DNA of 64,000 bases, from NCBI GenBank assembly GCA_964035575.1, contig OZ037838.1:682001-746000 (forward strand), given 5' to 3'. Every line of letters starts with the position of its first letter. Position 1 is the first letter of the stretch. The stretch is from Rhynchopus sp. YZ270_cl-10 (Eukaryota). Of the stretch, positions 1 to 11,775 are shown piece by piece. The notes beneath the pieces were generated by a model. The model worked only from the letters and a program-made list of their open reading frames with translations. It was not told the DNA's origin and searched no databases. Position numbers and translations under genes: made by a program.

Positions 1-37
1 AGGTCGCCCGAAGGACGTTGTACTGCACACTGCACAT
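1..37 (-). CDS. possible N-terminus of a minus-strand gene running off the window (MCSVQYNVLRAT...)
   Basis: ATG at 37 on the minus strand, preceded by a long pyrimidine-rich tract on that strand. Only 12 codons are visible. Confidence 0.2.
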   Translation of the reverse strand, partial: MCSVQYNVLRAT

Positions 38-1000
38 CTCATACCACATAACAGCTTTGGGCAAGGGATTTTTTCTTTTTTCTTTTTTCTTTTTTTCTTT
101 TTTGGGGAAGAAAAATGAGAATTGGGGTATGGAGGTATAGTGAGAATGGAGAACGGGAAAAAAAGGGGAGGGAAATGCACAGACAAAAGGGAGGGGGTGG
201 CAGGGGGGAGAGGGAAGGGGTAGAGGTTAGTACAAACAGGTGAACAGGTGGTGAAAGACAAAAAAAAGCACCGATACAACTGTGTGAAGCAGGGGTTCTT
301 TTTAGAATAAGTAAAAGAAACGAAGGCTTATCCGGGACTGCCAGAAAACCATCAATTTCACGGCTAAAGGGGCAAAAAAAAAAGAGTTTGTATATTTTCT
401 GTTTTCCCCCCTTTGCTTTTGCTATGTCGACCATCGCCTAAAGCACCCATCTTGGGAAACTCGGGGGCTGTACTCAAATATTCGCCGAAGCTTTTTGTAC
501 TACAAGGGATGGACGCGATTTCGTCCTCAACCCACAGGTTGTTTTTATGGGGAAAAAAAAGAGCTTAGTAGTCCACACATTAGTGTCTTTATTGTATTTT
601 TCATTCAAAAAAAGAATTTGGAAGAAGAAAAAAAAATGGTTGGATTTGTGGAAATCCAAGAACAGTACTTGCTACCAGAGTAGAAGCCAGCGGACAATAA
701 TCATAAAGAGCTGCAGCTGGTTTGTGTATGAAGCGTATCTTACGCAAAGAAAGGGGCATGAGGCACCGCTAAGCTTGAGACCAGTAAATGAACAGAAAGG
801 CAAAAATCACAAAAAGAAATACTAACTCTGAATAGGTAAGTAAAAGAGGAGGAAAAAAAGGTTTGGTTTCGTTGCTCAATTACCCTGTTGGAGGGGTGAT
901 TGGCGACCCGTATCTGAGGAACTATTTCTCCTTTTAAGCTACGCTTTTGTAGGTATTAAAAAAAGAACGTTGAACGATGAATACTGCCTTGCGTGCATAC

Positions 1001-1633
1001 CAGGGTGTTTCCTAATTTTGGAAATTTTCCGGAAAATTCCGACATCCGGAAGCAAATTTTTTCCCTGGAAAAAAAGTGGGTTTTCAGCCCCAAAACATGC
1101 CGCAATTGGTATTTCCGGAATCCGTCCGCGCTGTGGTGGGGTCACTTTGCCGAAATGGCCAAGTTCTTGGTTTTGGTCAAAATGAGTGTAAGGAAAAGGG
1201 GACCAGGTAAATCCCACAACCCAGATTTTCTCTCCCTGATCCTGAAAACATGAAAATGCCCGAAAACACCGGCATTTGCATTTTCGGAATCCGTCCGTTC
1301 TGTGGTGGGGTCAATTTGACGAAATGGACAAGTCCTTGGTTTTGGTCAAAACCCGTCAGTGTAAGGTAAAGGGGGCCAAGTGTTTTCCTGTAGAAACTGG
1401 TAGGAACAGGCAGCGCCGCAGGCGCACGGTACCCAACATCGGTGAAAATAAAAATTCCCGAAAACTGCTTTATTTGAATGATTGGAGCGATCCAGAACAG
1501 CGAACATACTTTTTTCGGGAAAATACCAAAAAATAAGCACTTTAAATACGTCCCTAATTTTTTCCCGCAATTTTTTTCCCTGGCCATTTTTTTCCAAATC
1601 CCCGGAAGCGGAAGCAAATTAGGAAACACCCTG
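1001..1633. mobile_element. non-autonomous hAT-like TIR element
   Basis: TIR cagggtgtttcctaattt / aaattaggaaacaccctg, with a perfect 8-bp TSD gtgcatac (993-1000 and 1634-1641). Confidence 0.88.
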
Positions 1634-2158
1634 GTGCATACACATCAAAAAAAAACAAAAAAAAAAGGGGGCAGCAAGAGGCAGTACCAGTGGCGCGGCT
1701 ACCAATAACTACTATGTAGTCAGCGTCACGCCTACCATGGTAGGTTACAGTGGAAAAAAGGGGGGGCTGTTTCAAACAGAGACATTGTCACTGAAAAACA
1801 CACCACAGCATTCGTGGTGAACATGATAGAATATTGACCTATCTGGTAAATTGTCAGTTCCCGATTTTTCTGGGATTCACACCATACGTTTAAAGAGCGG
1901 GAGGGATAAGGGTTGCTTAAAGGGAGGGGGGAGAATTGAAAATTATAGTCGCATAATCGCACGAAAAAAAGATAAGTCGTTAATTTGATAACATGCGAAC
2001 ACCTTGTGGTGGATGCATGTGGGGAAGAAAAAAAAATTCTTTTGAAAGACATTATTTGAAACATTCGCCACAAAATCTTTTCAAAGAAGAAAAAAAAAGA
2101 TAAAAGAAGCGAGGGAAAAAGTCGATCAAAAAAAAAAAAAAAAGGTCCAGGTAGAATC

Positions 2159-3136
2159 CAGGGCATATCCTAAGTCTGTACCCGGTACCCGCGGGTTTTT
2201 GAAAAAAAGTGCGCCCCTTTTTTTTGCACGGCTATAAGGTCCCACGTTGCCCCTTTTTTTTGCACGAGGGGTCTAAGGGGAAACCTACTTGACAAAAGTG
2301 CCCGTAAAAAAAATATTTGGAAAGATCTGGTGCGAAACAGTCCAAAAACACCATTTTCGGTGGGAAAAAATTCACCCCCTATGGGGCGGCCCGTGGTCGC
2401 AGCGAAGTGTCGTTTTCTAGTTTTTTGTGTACCTGTGTACTGTGTATTTGTGTTTGCTAATCCTTAACACTCGCAAACCCCTGTGTGTGGGTTTTTGGGT
2501 GGTTTTTTGCCCACAAACGGCTTTGTCGTTTTTGGGTGTGAAAACGTGGGTTGTGTGACAAGGCAAAGGGCACGTGTGCACGACCGTGTGTGGCCCACGC
2601 AGGGTTCTGATAACGCGCAAGCGTGTTTTCGGCGCCACATACACGGGTCTGGGCCAAAAAACCGGGTTTTGTGTTGAAACTTGTGGTTTTGGTGCAAAAC
2701 GCCTGTTTTGCCAACAGAATCCTTAAAGAACGCACGGTTTCAAAGGCGTTTCCACGTAAACTCGCGACATGAAAATGGGAATTAAAAACAAATCTCTCAG
2801 ATCTGAGTTCTCAGAAATGGCCCAATCTTTCCAATGCCGAAAAAATCTTACACTTTGGTGACTCTGCGAAATGTCGACAATCCAAACGATTGGTGGACCC
2901 CGTGTGTACTGTGTACTGTGTACTGTGCGGAAATTGACCAAAAACGAGAACTTGTCCATTTCGGCAAATTGACCCCACCACTGGCCGGACGGATTCCGGA
3001 AATGCAAATGCCGATGTTTAAAAGCGCCACCAACGATGAAACCTGGAAAAAAAAATCAAAAAAAAATCCGCCCCTTTTTTTTTGCACCCTTTTGGCAAAT
3101 TTGGCCGCTCAGACCTCATATTTAGGATATGCCCTG
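2159..3136. mobile_element. non-autonomous hAT-like TIR element carrying a nested Helentron-like fragment
   Basis: TIR cagggcatatcctaa / ttaggatatgccctg, with 8-bp TSD gtagaatc (2151-2158 and 3137-3144). Confidence 0.88.
2446..2903 (-). mobile_element. partial reverse-orientation copy of the Helitron2/HINE-like family
   Basis: tttgctaatccttaacactc is the reverse complement of the family 3' end. The body matches 15949-16493 and 44557-45360 in reverse. Confidence 0.7.
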
Positions 3137-4066
3137 GTAGAATCCCATTCAATTATTGGCGTAAGTAACAAAGCCACTTTTGTGGCTCTCAATTGATAGG
3201 GTTAAACAAAAAAAGGACATAAAAGCATGTAGGTGGGCGAAATGAAGGTGTGATTTAAAATCCGTTTACGTTATCAAAAAAAAATGATGAAGCTATTTTT
3301 TTCTTTGCTTTTGAAAAGATGGTGTTGTGCATCCGCGTATCAAAAAAAAGAAGACGAAATAAAAAGGGTGTCACTTTTCGTTCCCTCACCCCCCTTTCTT
3401 GTAGTTGTTCGATGCGCTCACGCTTCCACACACTACCTCACACCTGCCAGAGTCGGGTGGTGGTGTTGCGGAGCAACAGTTAGGGTGAACGACGACGTGA
3501 CACTTTCCACTCACAAAATAGCGTTTAAAAAAAACCCCCCTCCACCCTTTTTTGACAACTTTTTTTTTTTCAAAAAAAAAAGGAAAACTTAAAACACGAT
3601 GCAGGTGACCTCAGACACACACATCGGAACACAATAACGAGAAAAGATACCACCTGTTCTTTTTGTATGAGTAACGTGACCCTTAGTGAACTGAGACTGC
3701 CAGAACAGATTCACAGTTGTAAATCCTCTTGGCATCTCTTGGGTGTTGGCTATATCCGGTGATAAGTACCGGTTTTTTTTCAAGAACAGGCTAAAAAAAT
3801 GTGTATTTCAATGTGGACGGAACCACAAAAAACAAAAACAAAATAAGAAGACATTTTGAGTTGGGATTTTGAAAAAAAAAATAATTTTTTTTCTTTACCC
3901 TCGTAAACCCGCAAGGGGTTGCGCCGGGAGTCCTGTGGCGCGATGACAGCTCGGTGCTTAAGGTTGATGCACCACAGGAAGGGCTTGGCGTGAAAAGAAA
4001 AAGGGGGGGGGGGGGGGGGGAGACGTAAGGAAAAGGGGTTGGTTTGTTTCTTGATGTACGTTCTTG

Positions 4067-4115
4067 GAAACTTGGTTGTATTAGTGTAGACACCCGAGGA
4101 TGAACTCCACTATAC
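4067..4115. mobile_element. ~50-bp hairpin mini-element, copy 1
   Basis: gaaacttggttgtattagtgtagacacccgaggatgaactccactatac, flanked by tacgttcttg / tatgttcttg. Confidence 0.65.
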
Positions 4116-4446
4116 TATGTTCTTGATGTGCCAACCCCCTCCACGTCATCGCGTATTGGCGTGAAATGAATCAACCTATACTCGAGGAGCGCGGAGAGAG
4201 AAAAAAAAAACTTTTTTTTTTGAGGGCAAAAAAAAATCTCAGATCTGGTCAGACCAGATCTTTTTCAAAAAACCCAAATTATTCCTAGGTCTGATCGCAA
4301 AATAAAATACAAACAAACATACGCACGGTTGGGGATCACAAACATTGTACTCATTTCCGCCGGTTGTACTTGTTCACTTGGAAGAATAGATAATTGTTTT
4401 TTTTGGTGTGAAGTTATTGTTGAGTAACAACATTTTCTCTTTTTTT

Positions 4447-4499
4447 GAAAACTTGGTTGTATTAGTGTAGCCACCCTAGAGTGTGCTCCACTAATACAA
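4447..4499. mobile_element. ~50-bp hairpin mini-element, copy 2
   Basis: Same motif with stem gttgtattagtg / cactaatacaac, flanked by the direct repeat ctcttttttt. Confidence 0.65.
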
Positions 4500-5198
4500 C
4501 TCTTTTTTTATGACGTCGAAAACGTCTTTTTTTTAAAAAAGATAAGAGAGCGTGTAGTGACTCTGGCGAAGTGATTCTCTCCTACCATAACGTGTCTTGA
4601 CGGTGCGAGCTAACGTTAACGCTCTGCAGTTAAGTCAGGGACGTAGGAAAAACTCGGTGCTGGTCCTTGTGATTGGCAAAGAAAAAAAAGGGAAAGAAAT
4701 AATATTTTGTTTTCCCGTTCTCTTTTACGGACTGAGAATGGTCCAGCTCCTTTGTTTCTCTTTGGGAGGGGGGAGAGGTCATTTGCCTTTTAATGAATTT
4801 AAAAGAAAAGGAAAACTACGGGTCGGGCCACTTTAGAAAATGGGGATATAGTTCGAATTTGTCCAAAAGGGAATTTTGTTCAAGTAGCACTGGTATCGCG
4901 CAAAAAAAAAAAAGGGGGGGAAAAAAAACTAACGGTGAGACAGAGACAGAGAACATGACGGATGAAATGTACCTCTCGCCCCCCCCTCAAATGTGAAAAA
5001 TCCCGAATCCTAGAATAAGCCCTGTTCTGATGGTTTAAAAGAAAAGAATAACAAAAAAAAATCAAATTCTAAGCACAATATGCTGGGTACAATACTATTC
5101 GAAAAGCCAAAACTGCTATAACTGATCGTGACAAAACGTTTTCCCAAAGGAAAGACACAGCACTGTATTTTGGTTGTTGTTGTTGCTTTTTTTTGATT

Positions 5199-5246
5199 GA
5201 AAACTTGGTTGTATTAGTGTTGACACCTGAGGATGTGTACAACTAA
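5199..5246. repeat. ~50-bp hairpin mini-element, copy 3
   Basis: gaaaacttggttgtattagtgttgacacctgaggatgtgtacaactaa. Confidence 0.6.
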
Positions 5247-5959
5247 CTTTTTACCTCGTTTCGAACGTCCACGAAGTGGTTATGACTGACCACCTAATTT
5301 TGCTTGAAATATGATGGAGTTTAGTGGTATTCAAACACCACTAAGCTCCTTCAAACTCCTATGTGCACGTTTTTTTTGGAAAAATAGGATGGAACACCCC
5401 ATCCCACACGAATGTGAAGGAATGCAGCCACCACTAACCTCCATCAAACTCCCTACTGAACTGCATCAAATTTTCAGGCAAAATCAGACTGAGAAAAGTT
5501 CATCAAATTAATCAGACAGCTGTTTTTTTTTTTTTTTTTCTGTTGTATTGATCACTTTACACCTACCGGTATAAAAGATCTGTACTCACTATTAACTAAA
5601 ACCTTGTTTTTGAAGGAATAAAAAATCATAAAACAGCAAAAAAAAAAAAAAACAACTGATTTTCAAGAAGGAAAAATGTAAGGTAAGGTACAATAGGCTG
5701 ATCGACACTGACCTTGGTCGGGTGGTGATCTCATGGTGATCTATGGTGATCGTTAGTGATTGGTATAAATCGGCGCTGAAAAGAAAAGAAAAAAAAAAAA
5801 AAAAAAAATGTGAAAAAATGGGCCTGCCAGACCCACTTCCAATCAGCCCATTCAAGGTACCAACGTCTCGGTGGACGCATGCAGACACCGAAATAATTGA
5901 AAATTCCCATTGTCTCATAAGGAGCAGAGACAGACACGCACTTTTGTGGTCGCTTGCAT

Positions 5960-6974
5960 CAGGGTAGATCCTTATTTTCGCTAAAAACGCTGAAAATCCC
6001 AGATTTATTTTCGTTTTTTTCCTTTTTTTTTTCTCTCCCGTTTTTGAAATTTTTCCGCGCAGGCCTGACGCTAACTTCAGGTTTTTGGGAAATCGTGGGG
6101 TGCTGATGGTTGTCCGCGAGCGAAGTGTGCGAAAAAAAAAATGTAAGGTGTACCTCCGCATTCTGGCTGTGACCCTTGTCGGACACTGCGCCCTCTGACA
6201 AGGGTAATACTTTCTAGAAACATTCTGAAAAAAAGTGGTAGTGCCCGGCATTAGCAAGAAAATTTTCAAAATTAAATAGTAGTGCCGATGCACCAGCAGT
6301 TTGGGTAGGCGAGACAGCATTGGGTGAACCTCCGCGAGCGCAGCGAGCGGAAATTTTTTTCGCAGTTTTTGGGCAAAGTTCAAAATCCCACCAAAAATTA
6401 AGTGGGGATTTTCGACAACAATACTGGGGCCCCTATGGGTTTTTGGATTTTGGCCGAACAGTGTTGTGTTTCTGCCTTGGTCCGGTTGAAGTCTTTATTA
6501 CTGGATCTCATACTCCGTACAGGTGACCAATACCCGACCTTTAACACACATGCACTTCTTCGAAACCTCCACCCTCAGCACCAACCTTTTTACAATGGTC
6601 CGCTTTGCGGGTTTGCGGACATAGTAATTGTGTTCTTCAAGGTTGTGCTTCAAAATCGTCTTATGCAAGGTGACACTGAGAATTGACACTCATTGGTCCT
6701 TGTCTTATGAACTGAAGACAAATATTAAAGGGGCATTAATGGCGGGCCGAAGGCCAGCCAAAAAAACGGTAGCGAACTTTTATTTTTTTTTTCCTTTTGG
6801 TTTCCCCCTTATTTTGACTTTCCGGATCGATTGCGGACCGTGGTGGTGCCACTCTGTGCCTGGAAATTAGTAGGTAACCAAAAAAATGGTCCAGAGAAAA
6901 AAGGGAAAAAAAAAAGGAAAAAAAAATAAAAAATCTCGAATCCTTATTTTCACTTTCGCTAAGGATCTACCCTG
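5960..6974. mobile_element. non-autonomous hAT-like TIR element
   Basis: TIR cagggtagatcctta / taaggatctaccctg, with 8-bp TSD gcttgcat (5952-5959 and 6975-6982). Confidence 0.88.
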
Positions 6975-7435
6975 GCTTGCATGACCGTTTTTGCCAAAAA
7001 AAAAAGGGGGGAAAAAAACATTAATTTTGTTTTCAAAAAATATGTATCCAGGTAAATTTAGGGGGGGGGAAGAATGGAGAATTTGTAAGGGTCAGATGAG
7101 CCTCCATTACTCGTGTGTTACAATAAATGTGCAACAAAAATATTACGACCCATCCACAACCTGCAGCCAAAATAGGGGCAAAGGATAGGGAGAGGATGAG
7201 GACGTGGTAATGGTGATTGTATTGTGGATGACTATATTGGTGTTCTGTGGGGGGCATATTGACAGGTCCCTGACAGGTCCTTGACAGTATTTCAGTAACA
7301 CCATAGGTACTTTTTTTACCATCAAAAAAGAAATCAAAAATTGCAGCTTTTTTTTTGTTTGTTTGCATGTTTTGATAATTTTCTGATGGCTTAAACTGAA
7401 ATATACTACATGGCAAATACAATACAGAAAATGAA

Positions 7436-7498
7436 GGGGGAAGGGGAAGGGGGAAGGGGAAGGGGGAAGGGGAAGGGGGAAGGGGGAAGGGGAAGGGG
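7436..7498 (+). repeat. (GGGGAA)n-type microsatellite, G4-prone
   Basis: About 10 tandem ggggaa/gggggaa units. Confidence 0.9.
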
Positions 7499-8244
7499 CT
7501 TTTGTCTGTGATTTCAAGGGAGTCCATATAACTTTCCAGTGATCAAAAAAAGTCCAGAAAAAAAAAGAAAAAAAAAAAGAAAAAAAAATTGGTATTATTC
7601 TTGTGTAGACACAGGCTTTGATCAACAATTGGAGACATAAAATGGTGAGAAAAAAATTCTTTCTGGCGTCAAGTCTGGGTAGGGGTTAACACAAACTTGG
7701 ACAAGACCATAAAACAGGTTTTTTTCAAGTGTGCTAAAAACCGAAAAGGCGAAAAAGAAAGTGAGGGGGTGTCGACAGCAGTAATGGGTATTTTGAATGG
7801 GTTTTTATGAAGTTCTCCTGCAGGAATGGGTGTATACAGTTTCGAAAAACTGAATATTGTCCAGTGGGAGGGTGATTTTTCACATTTTAAAAAGGGCGAA
7901 AATACATTTTATGTTTCTTTGTATTTCTTGGTTTCTTTATTTCTTTTTTTTGCACTGTTGTCATCAAAATTAAACGCTACACACAAAAAAAAGGGGGAGG
8001 AAAAGTAAAAGAAAATAACTTCGACTCCATCCTTGACTATAAAAAATACCCGCTAGGGGCCTCCTCAAGACTGTGAGTATAAAAATAAAAATAAAAAGAA
8101 ATGTGGAAAATATGGTGACAAAGTAAACGTAAGCCGCCCAGGGCAGGGGGGATTTAAGACACATGGCGATACCATACCATACCCTGGGTAACCTGCTGAA
8201 CATGCTTTTGTGAATGCTTTTTTTTTGTTGTTTTTTTTTTTTTT

Positions 8245-8292
8245 GAAAACTTGGTAATATTAGTGTAGACACCCGAGGATGTACTCCACTAT
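8245..8292. repeat. ~50-bp hairpin mini-element, copy 4
   Basis: gaaaacttggtaatattagtgtagacacccgaggatgtactccactat, after a T tract. Confidence 0.6.
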
Positions 8293-8847
8293 ATTTTTTT
8301 TTTAAAAAAAAACATGAATTTCACTAAAAAAAAAGGGGGAAATATTACCATTTTAGCATGTCACATAACAAAGAAACAGGCACGTTACCCGGGTCACATG
8401 GTCACCATGTGGCAAACCACCCTGAGGGGGGTCAATCCTGTGCATAAAGGGGTGTGTGGGGGAGGGAAACAAACCGGAACGTAATAGAAAGAAAAAAAGA
8501 GAAAAAAAAAAAACACTAATTTTTCAAATGAGAAGGGAGAATACAATAATGGCTTGGATAAGGTGAAGAACCACGATAAGGGGGGTGGGAAGGGGGTTCA
8601 GGGACCCAGGGATTCATATAAAAAAAAATTGGTTATTGATGCAGACACCTCCAACTGACCCACAATGCCACCCCAGATGAAAGCACAAATAAAAGAAAAC
8701 GTGAAAGAGTAAAGAGAGAAGAAACTATCAGATAGATTGGGGTAACTGAAGGGGGGTGATTTGCACTTCTTACGTGCACCCCCCATTCAGCCACACCATA
8801 GGTTTTTTTGTTTTTTTTTTTTTGTTTTTTTTTGAAAACCTTGTTGT

Positions 8848-9498
8848 CAGGGCTCTCGGAGATCACCCCCAAAACCCAAAAAGGGGGTGATTTGGGGTCA
8901 AAAAAATTTCCCCACACTATGTGCAAAGGGAGGGACGTGGGAAAGAAACAGCGGTCATGGCACCCGAAAGGTTCCGGGCGAAGCCACGGTACGCAACATT
9001 TCTATAAAATGTTGACATAAAATGGCACCGTCGTTGGTAATTATCGTCAGTTTGCATGAATTTTACTTCCATATTTTGCTAAACGAAAGTTTCTGGCGAA
9101 GCCACGGTACGCAACATTTCAAAAAAATGCGCTTAAAATTGCACATTATTACAGCCAAACTATGTCAAAGGGAAGGATGGTTGTAAGCTTGCGCCGCAGG
9201 CGCACGGTACGCTACTTTTTTCTTTTGCCATGCTGTATGCTTCCTTTTTCCTTCGGCGTTTGACCAATTGAGTCGCGTTCTGGCTGTGACGGGTCACTTT
9301 GTTCACTGCTGTGTGAACAACGGAGCTCTAGTAGAAAGACCCCCCAAAAAAAAAATCCGGATTTCCCAACCTTTTTTTTTTTTTTGGGGGGTGATTTTCC
9401 TAAAAAATCACCCCCCCCAAAATCCGTTTTTTTTTTTTTTTTTTGGGGATTTTTGGGCAAAATCACCCCCCCCCCCCCCCCCCCCCCCGAGAGCCTTG
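8848..9498. mobile_element. non-autonomous hAT-like element inserted into copy 5 of the mini-element
   Basis: TIR cagggctctcgg / ccgagagccttg, with 8-bp TSD cttgttgt (8840-8847 and 9499-9506). Removing it restores gaaaaccttgttgtattagtgtaggcacc. Confidence 0.85.
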
Positions 9499-9861
9499 CT
9501 TGTTGTATTAGTGTAGGCACCCGAGAATGCACTCCACTATCCATTTTTTTCCGTGAGAGAGGAGGGGATCGGAAAAAATGGACGTAATATCGGGAGAGGA
9601 ACACATCGGTAATAAGATAACCCTACTGAGCCTCTCGTGCTCTGGTTCACCTTAAAGGGGGGGGGAAGACAAACAGCAACCCATATAAAGAGCGATAAAA
9701 AGAGAGGAAAAAAAGGGGGTTCGTGAGAAAAAGAGAAAAATATTCCCCTTTAAACTATGACACTTCGAGACACGCCTGTAAGGGCTGCTCTGGGTGATCA
9801 TCTCAGTAACTAGAGGATACTCTGTCTGAGTTTTAAAAAAAAAGGGGGGGGGGGGAAATAT

Positions 9862-10272
9862 CATGGATGTCCAAAGTACTTGAAGTATATCAAGTACTTG
9901 ATCCCCCAAAAAATCCAATACTTGATACTTCAAGTACTTTACACCCTATTTTTTTTTCTAGTACTTTTTTACTTGTTCTCCCTCTGTCAAGTACTTTTTT
10001 CACAAAAAAAACGTCAAGTACTTGATCAAGTACAAAAAAAAGTGGGTACTTGATCAAGTACTTGACGTTTTTTTGCGAAAACAAGTACTTGACAGACTCT
10101 GCCAGAGGGTAAAAAAGTAAAAAAGTACGAGAAAAAAAAAATAGGGTATCAAGTACTTGATCAATCTTCAAGTACTTGACTGTCATTTTGAGAGGAAAAA
10201 AAAGGGGGGTCAAGTACTTCAAGTACCATAAAAAATCCGAAAAAAGTACTTCAAGTACTTTGGACATCCATG
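9862..10272. mobile_element. MITE with many internal AAGTACTT palindromes
   Basis: 26-bp TIR catggatgtccaaagtacttgaagta / tacttcaagtactttggacatccatg, flanked by the direct repeat aaatat (6 bp). Confidence 0.85.
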
Positions 10273-10827
10273 AAATATGAGTATGCCTACATATCTTAAT
10301 ACAAATGGAAGCGAGGGAGAGGAAAAAGAAAAAGAAAAAAAAAAGAGAAAAATAAAAAATATTCATTTCGGGCACTCCCTCATTCTACCCAAAGAAAATA
10401 TTTTTATTTTTTCCCATCCCATCCCACATTATTTCCCTTCACCCACCCCATAACACCCTCTCCCTCGTTCTCACAAGAATACGGTAGGGTTCTATAAGAA
10501 AGATAAAAAATCAAACACAAATTGAACAAAAAAAAATTTGTTCCAACACTTCGATACCTCTCTCCCCCCCTACTCCCTTTCCCCTCATTGTCATAATCAT
10601 TGTATTTTTTTTTTCTTGTATCAAAAAATGCATTGAGTTGATGTGTTTTGATATGGAAAAGAAGAAAAAAAAAACTTTGCAAGATGAAATGTGTCTCTCG
10701 TGTATACACACATCTTTTACTACTGTCAGTATCGTGCTGGAACAATGCTGGGAGTGAAATTTATTTCGAGGAAAAAAAAAAAAATACAGTAACCATTTTG
10801 TCCCGCTTCTTTTTTTTTTCCTTTTTT

Positions 10828-11775
10828 TTACATCGGTAGAATTGGTCCTAACACGAGAAGAGACCCATCGCTTTCGTCTGTTCTCTCGTCTGTTTGATGC
10901 GATTCAGAGGACATCCAAGAAAGCTCAGGAGCCGCGGAGTACGGCGCGCTTCCTAGCGAGCCCTCATCCTCCGACCCCTCACAGTCGCGCTGCACACCTT
11001 GCTGTCCTTGCCCCTGACCTTGACCCTGCACCGTCCCACTCAACTCCTCGATAACACCGTTACGGCATCCTGAAAGAAACTCTTCCCGGGTTACCTCTCT
11101 TGCCTCTTTGTGGGTGTTGTCAAAAAAGGTGAAATGTACGTCATCAAGGCGGGTGAGGAGGGTCTGGATGTTGGTCATGGTGGTTTCGTATCCTCGGGAG
11201 GAAAAGGTTTTGCCTTCGGAGAGAGCTCTGGCGGAGCCGCGTGAGGCGCAGATTTCTTTGGGTGCGAACATTGCGGCGATGGTAATGGAGTAGCCGGCTG
11301 CACGGAGTTTTGCTACCTTTGCCGCTGCTTTGTCACTACACCCAATGCAGTCAGGGACAACAAGGTGCTGCCGATTTGCGACCGCGGAAGAAAATATATG
11401 GGATTTGGCACGCTCTGAGACTTTCGCAGCTTTGAACGTATCCCAAGCGTCTTTGTGGATGCTGGGAGGTGTTTGGGTCAACGCGTCGTTCTTAACTGCT
11501 TGCCAACCACCATGGTAATCACGAACCATCGCTCCGTCAACGACAACAGCTTCACTCATAGAAATTCCGCATGCTCTGCGTAAAGCATGCTGTGTGATGC
11601 GTGTTTTCCCTGCAGCAGAAGGCCCTAATACCCACAACGCCTGAGGGCGCGTTCTATTACACGGTGCCGAAGAAAGGTTCACTGCGTCATACAATTCCCT
11701 TTCCTCTTCCTCCGTAAGACCCGCAGTCAATCCACTGCGAAGCTCAGCCGGAATTTCCACCTCGCTAAAACGCAT
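10828..11775 (-). CDS. zeta-toxin/AAA_33-like P-loop kinase-fold protein (315 aa, intronless)
   Basis: Walker A motif LWVLGPSAAGKT, then VVVDGAMVRDYHGGW and an RGSAR lid-like motif. GC-rich coding composition, with a pyrimidine-rich tract upstream on the minus strand. Confidence 0.8.
   Translation of the reverse strand: MRFSEVEIPAELRSGLTAGLTEEEERELYDAVNLSSAPCNRTRPQALWVLGPSAAGKTRITQHALRRACGISMSEAVVVDGAMVRDYHGGWQAVKNDALTQTPPSIHKDAWDTFKAAKVSERAKSHIFSSAVANRQHLVVPDCIGCSDKAAAKVAKLRAAGYSITIAAMFAPKEICASRGSARALSEGKTFSSRGYETTMTNIQTLLTRLDDVHFTFFDNTHKEAREVTREEFLSGCRNGVIEELSGTVQGQGQGQGQQGVQRDCEGSEDEGSLGSAPYSAAPELSWMSSESHQTDERTDESDGSLLVLGPILPM

Noticed and set aside
5592..6383. 263-aa minus-strand ORF
   Set aside because: It crosses a transposon boundary and homopolymer runs, and has no recognisable motifs.
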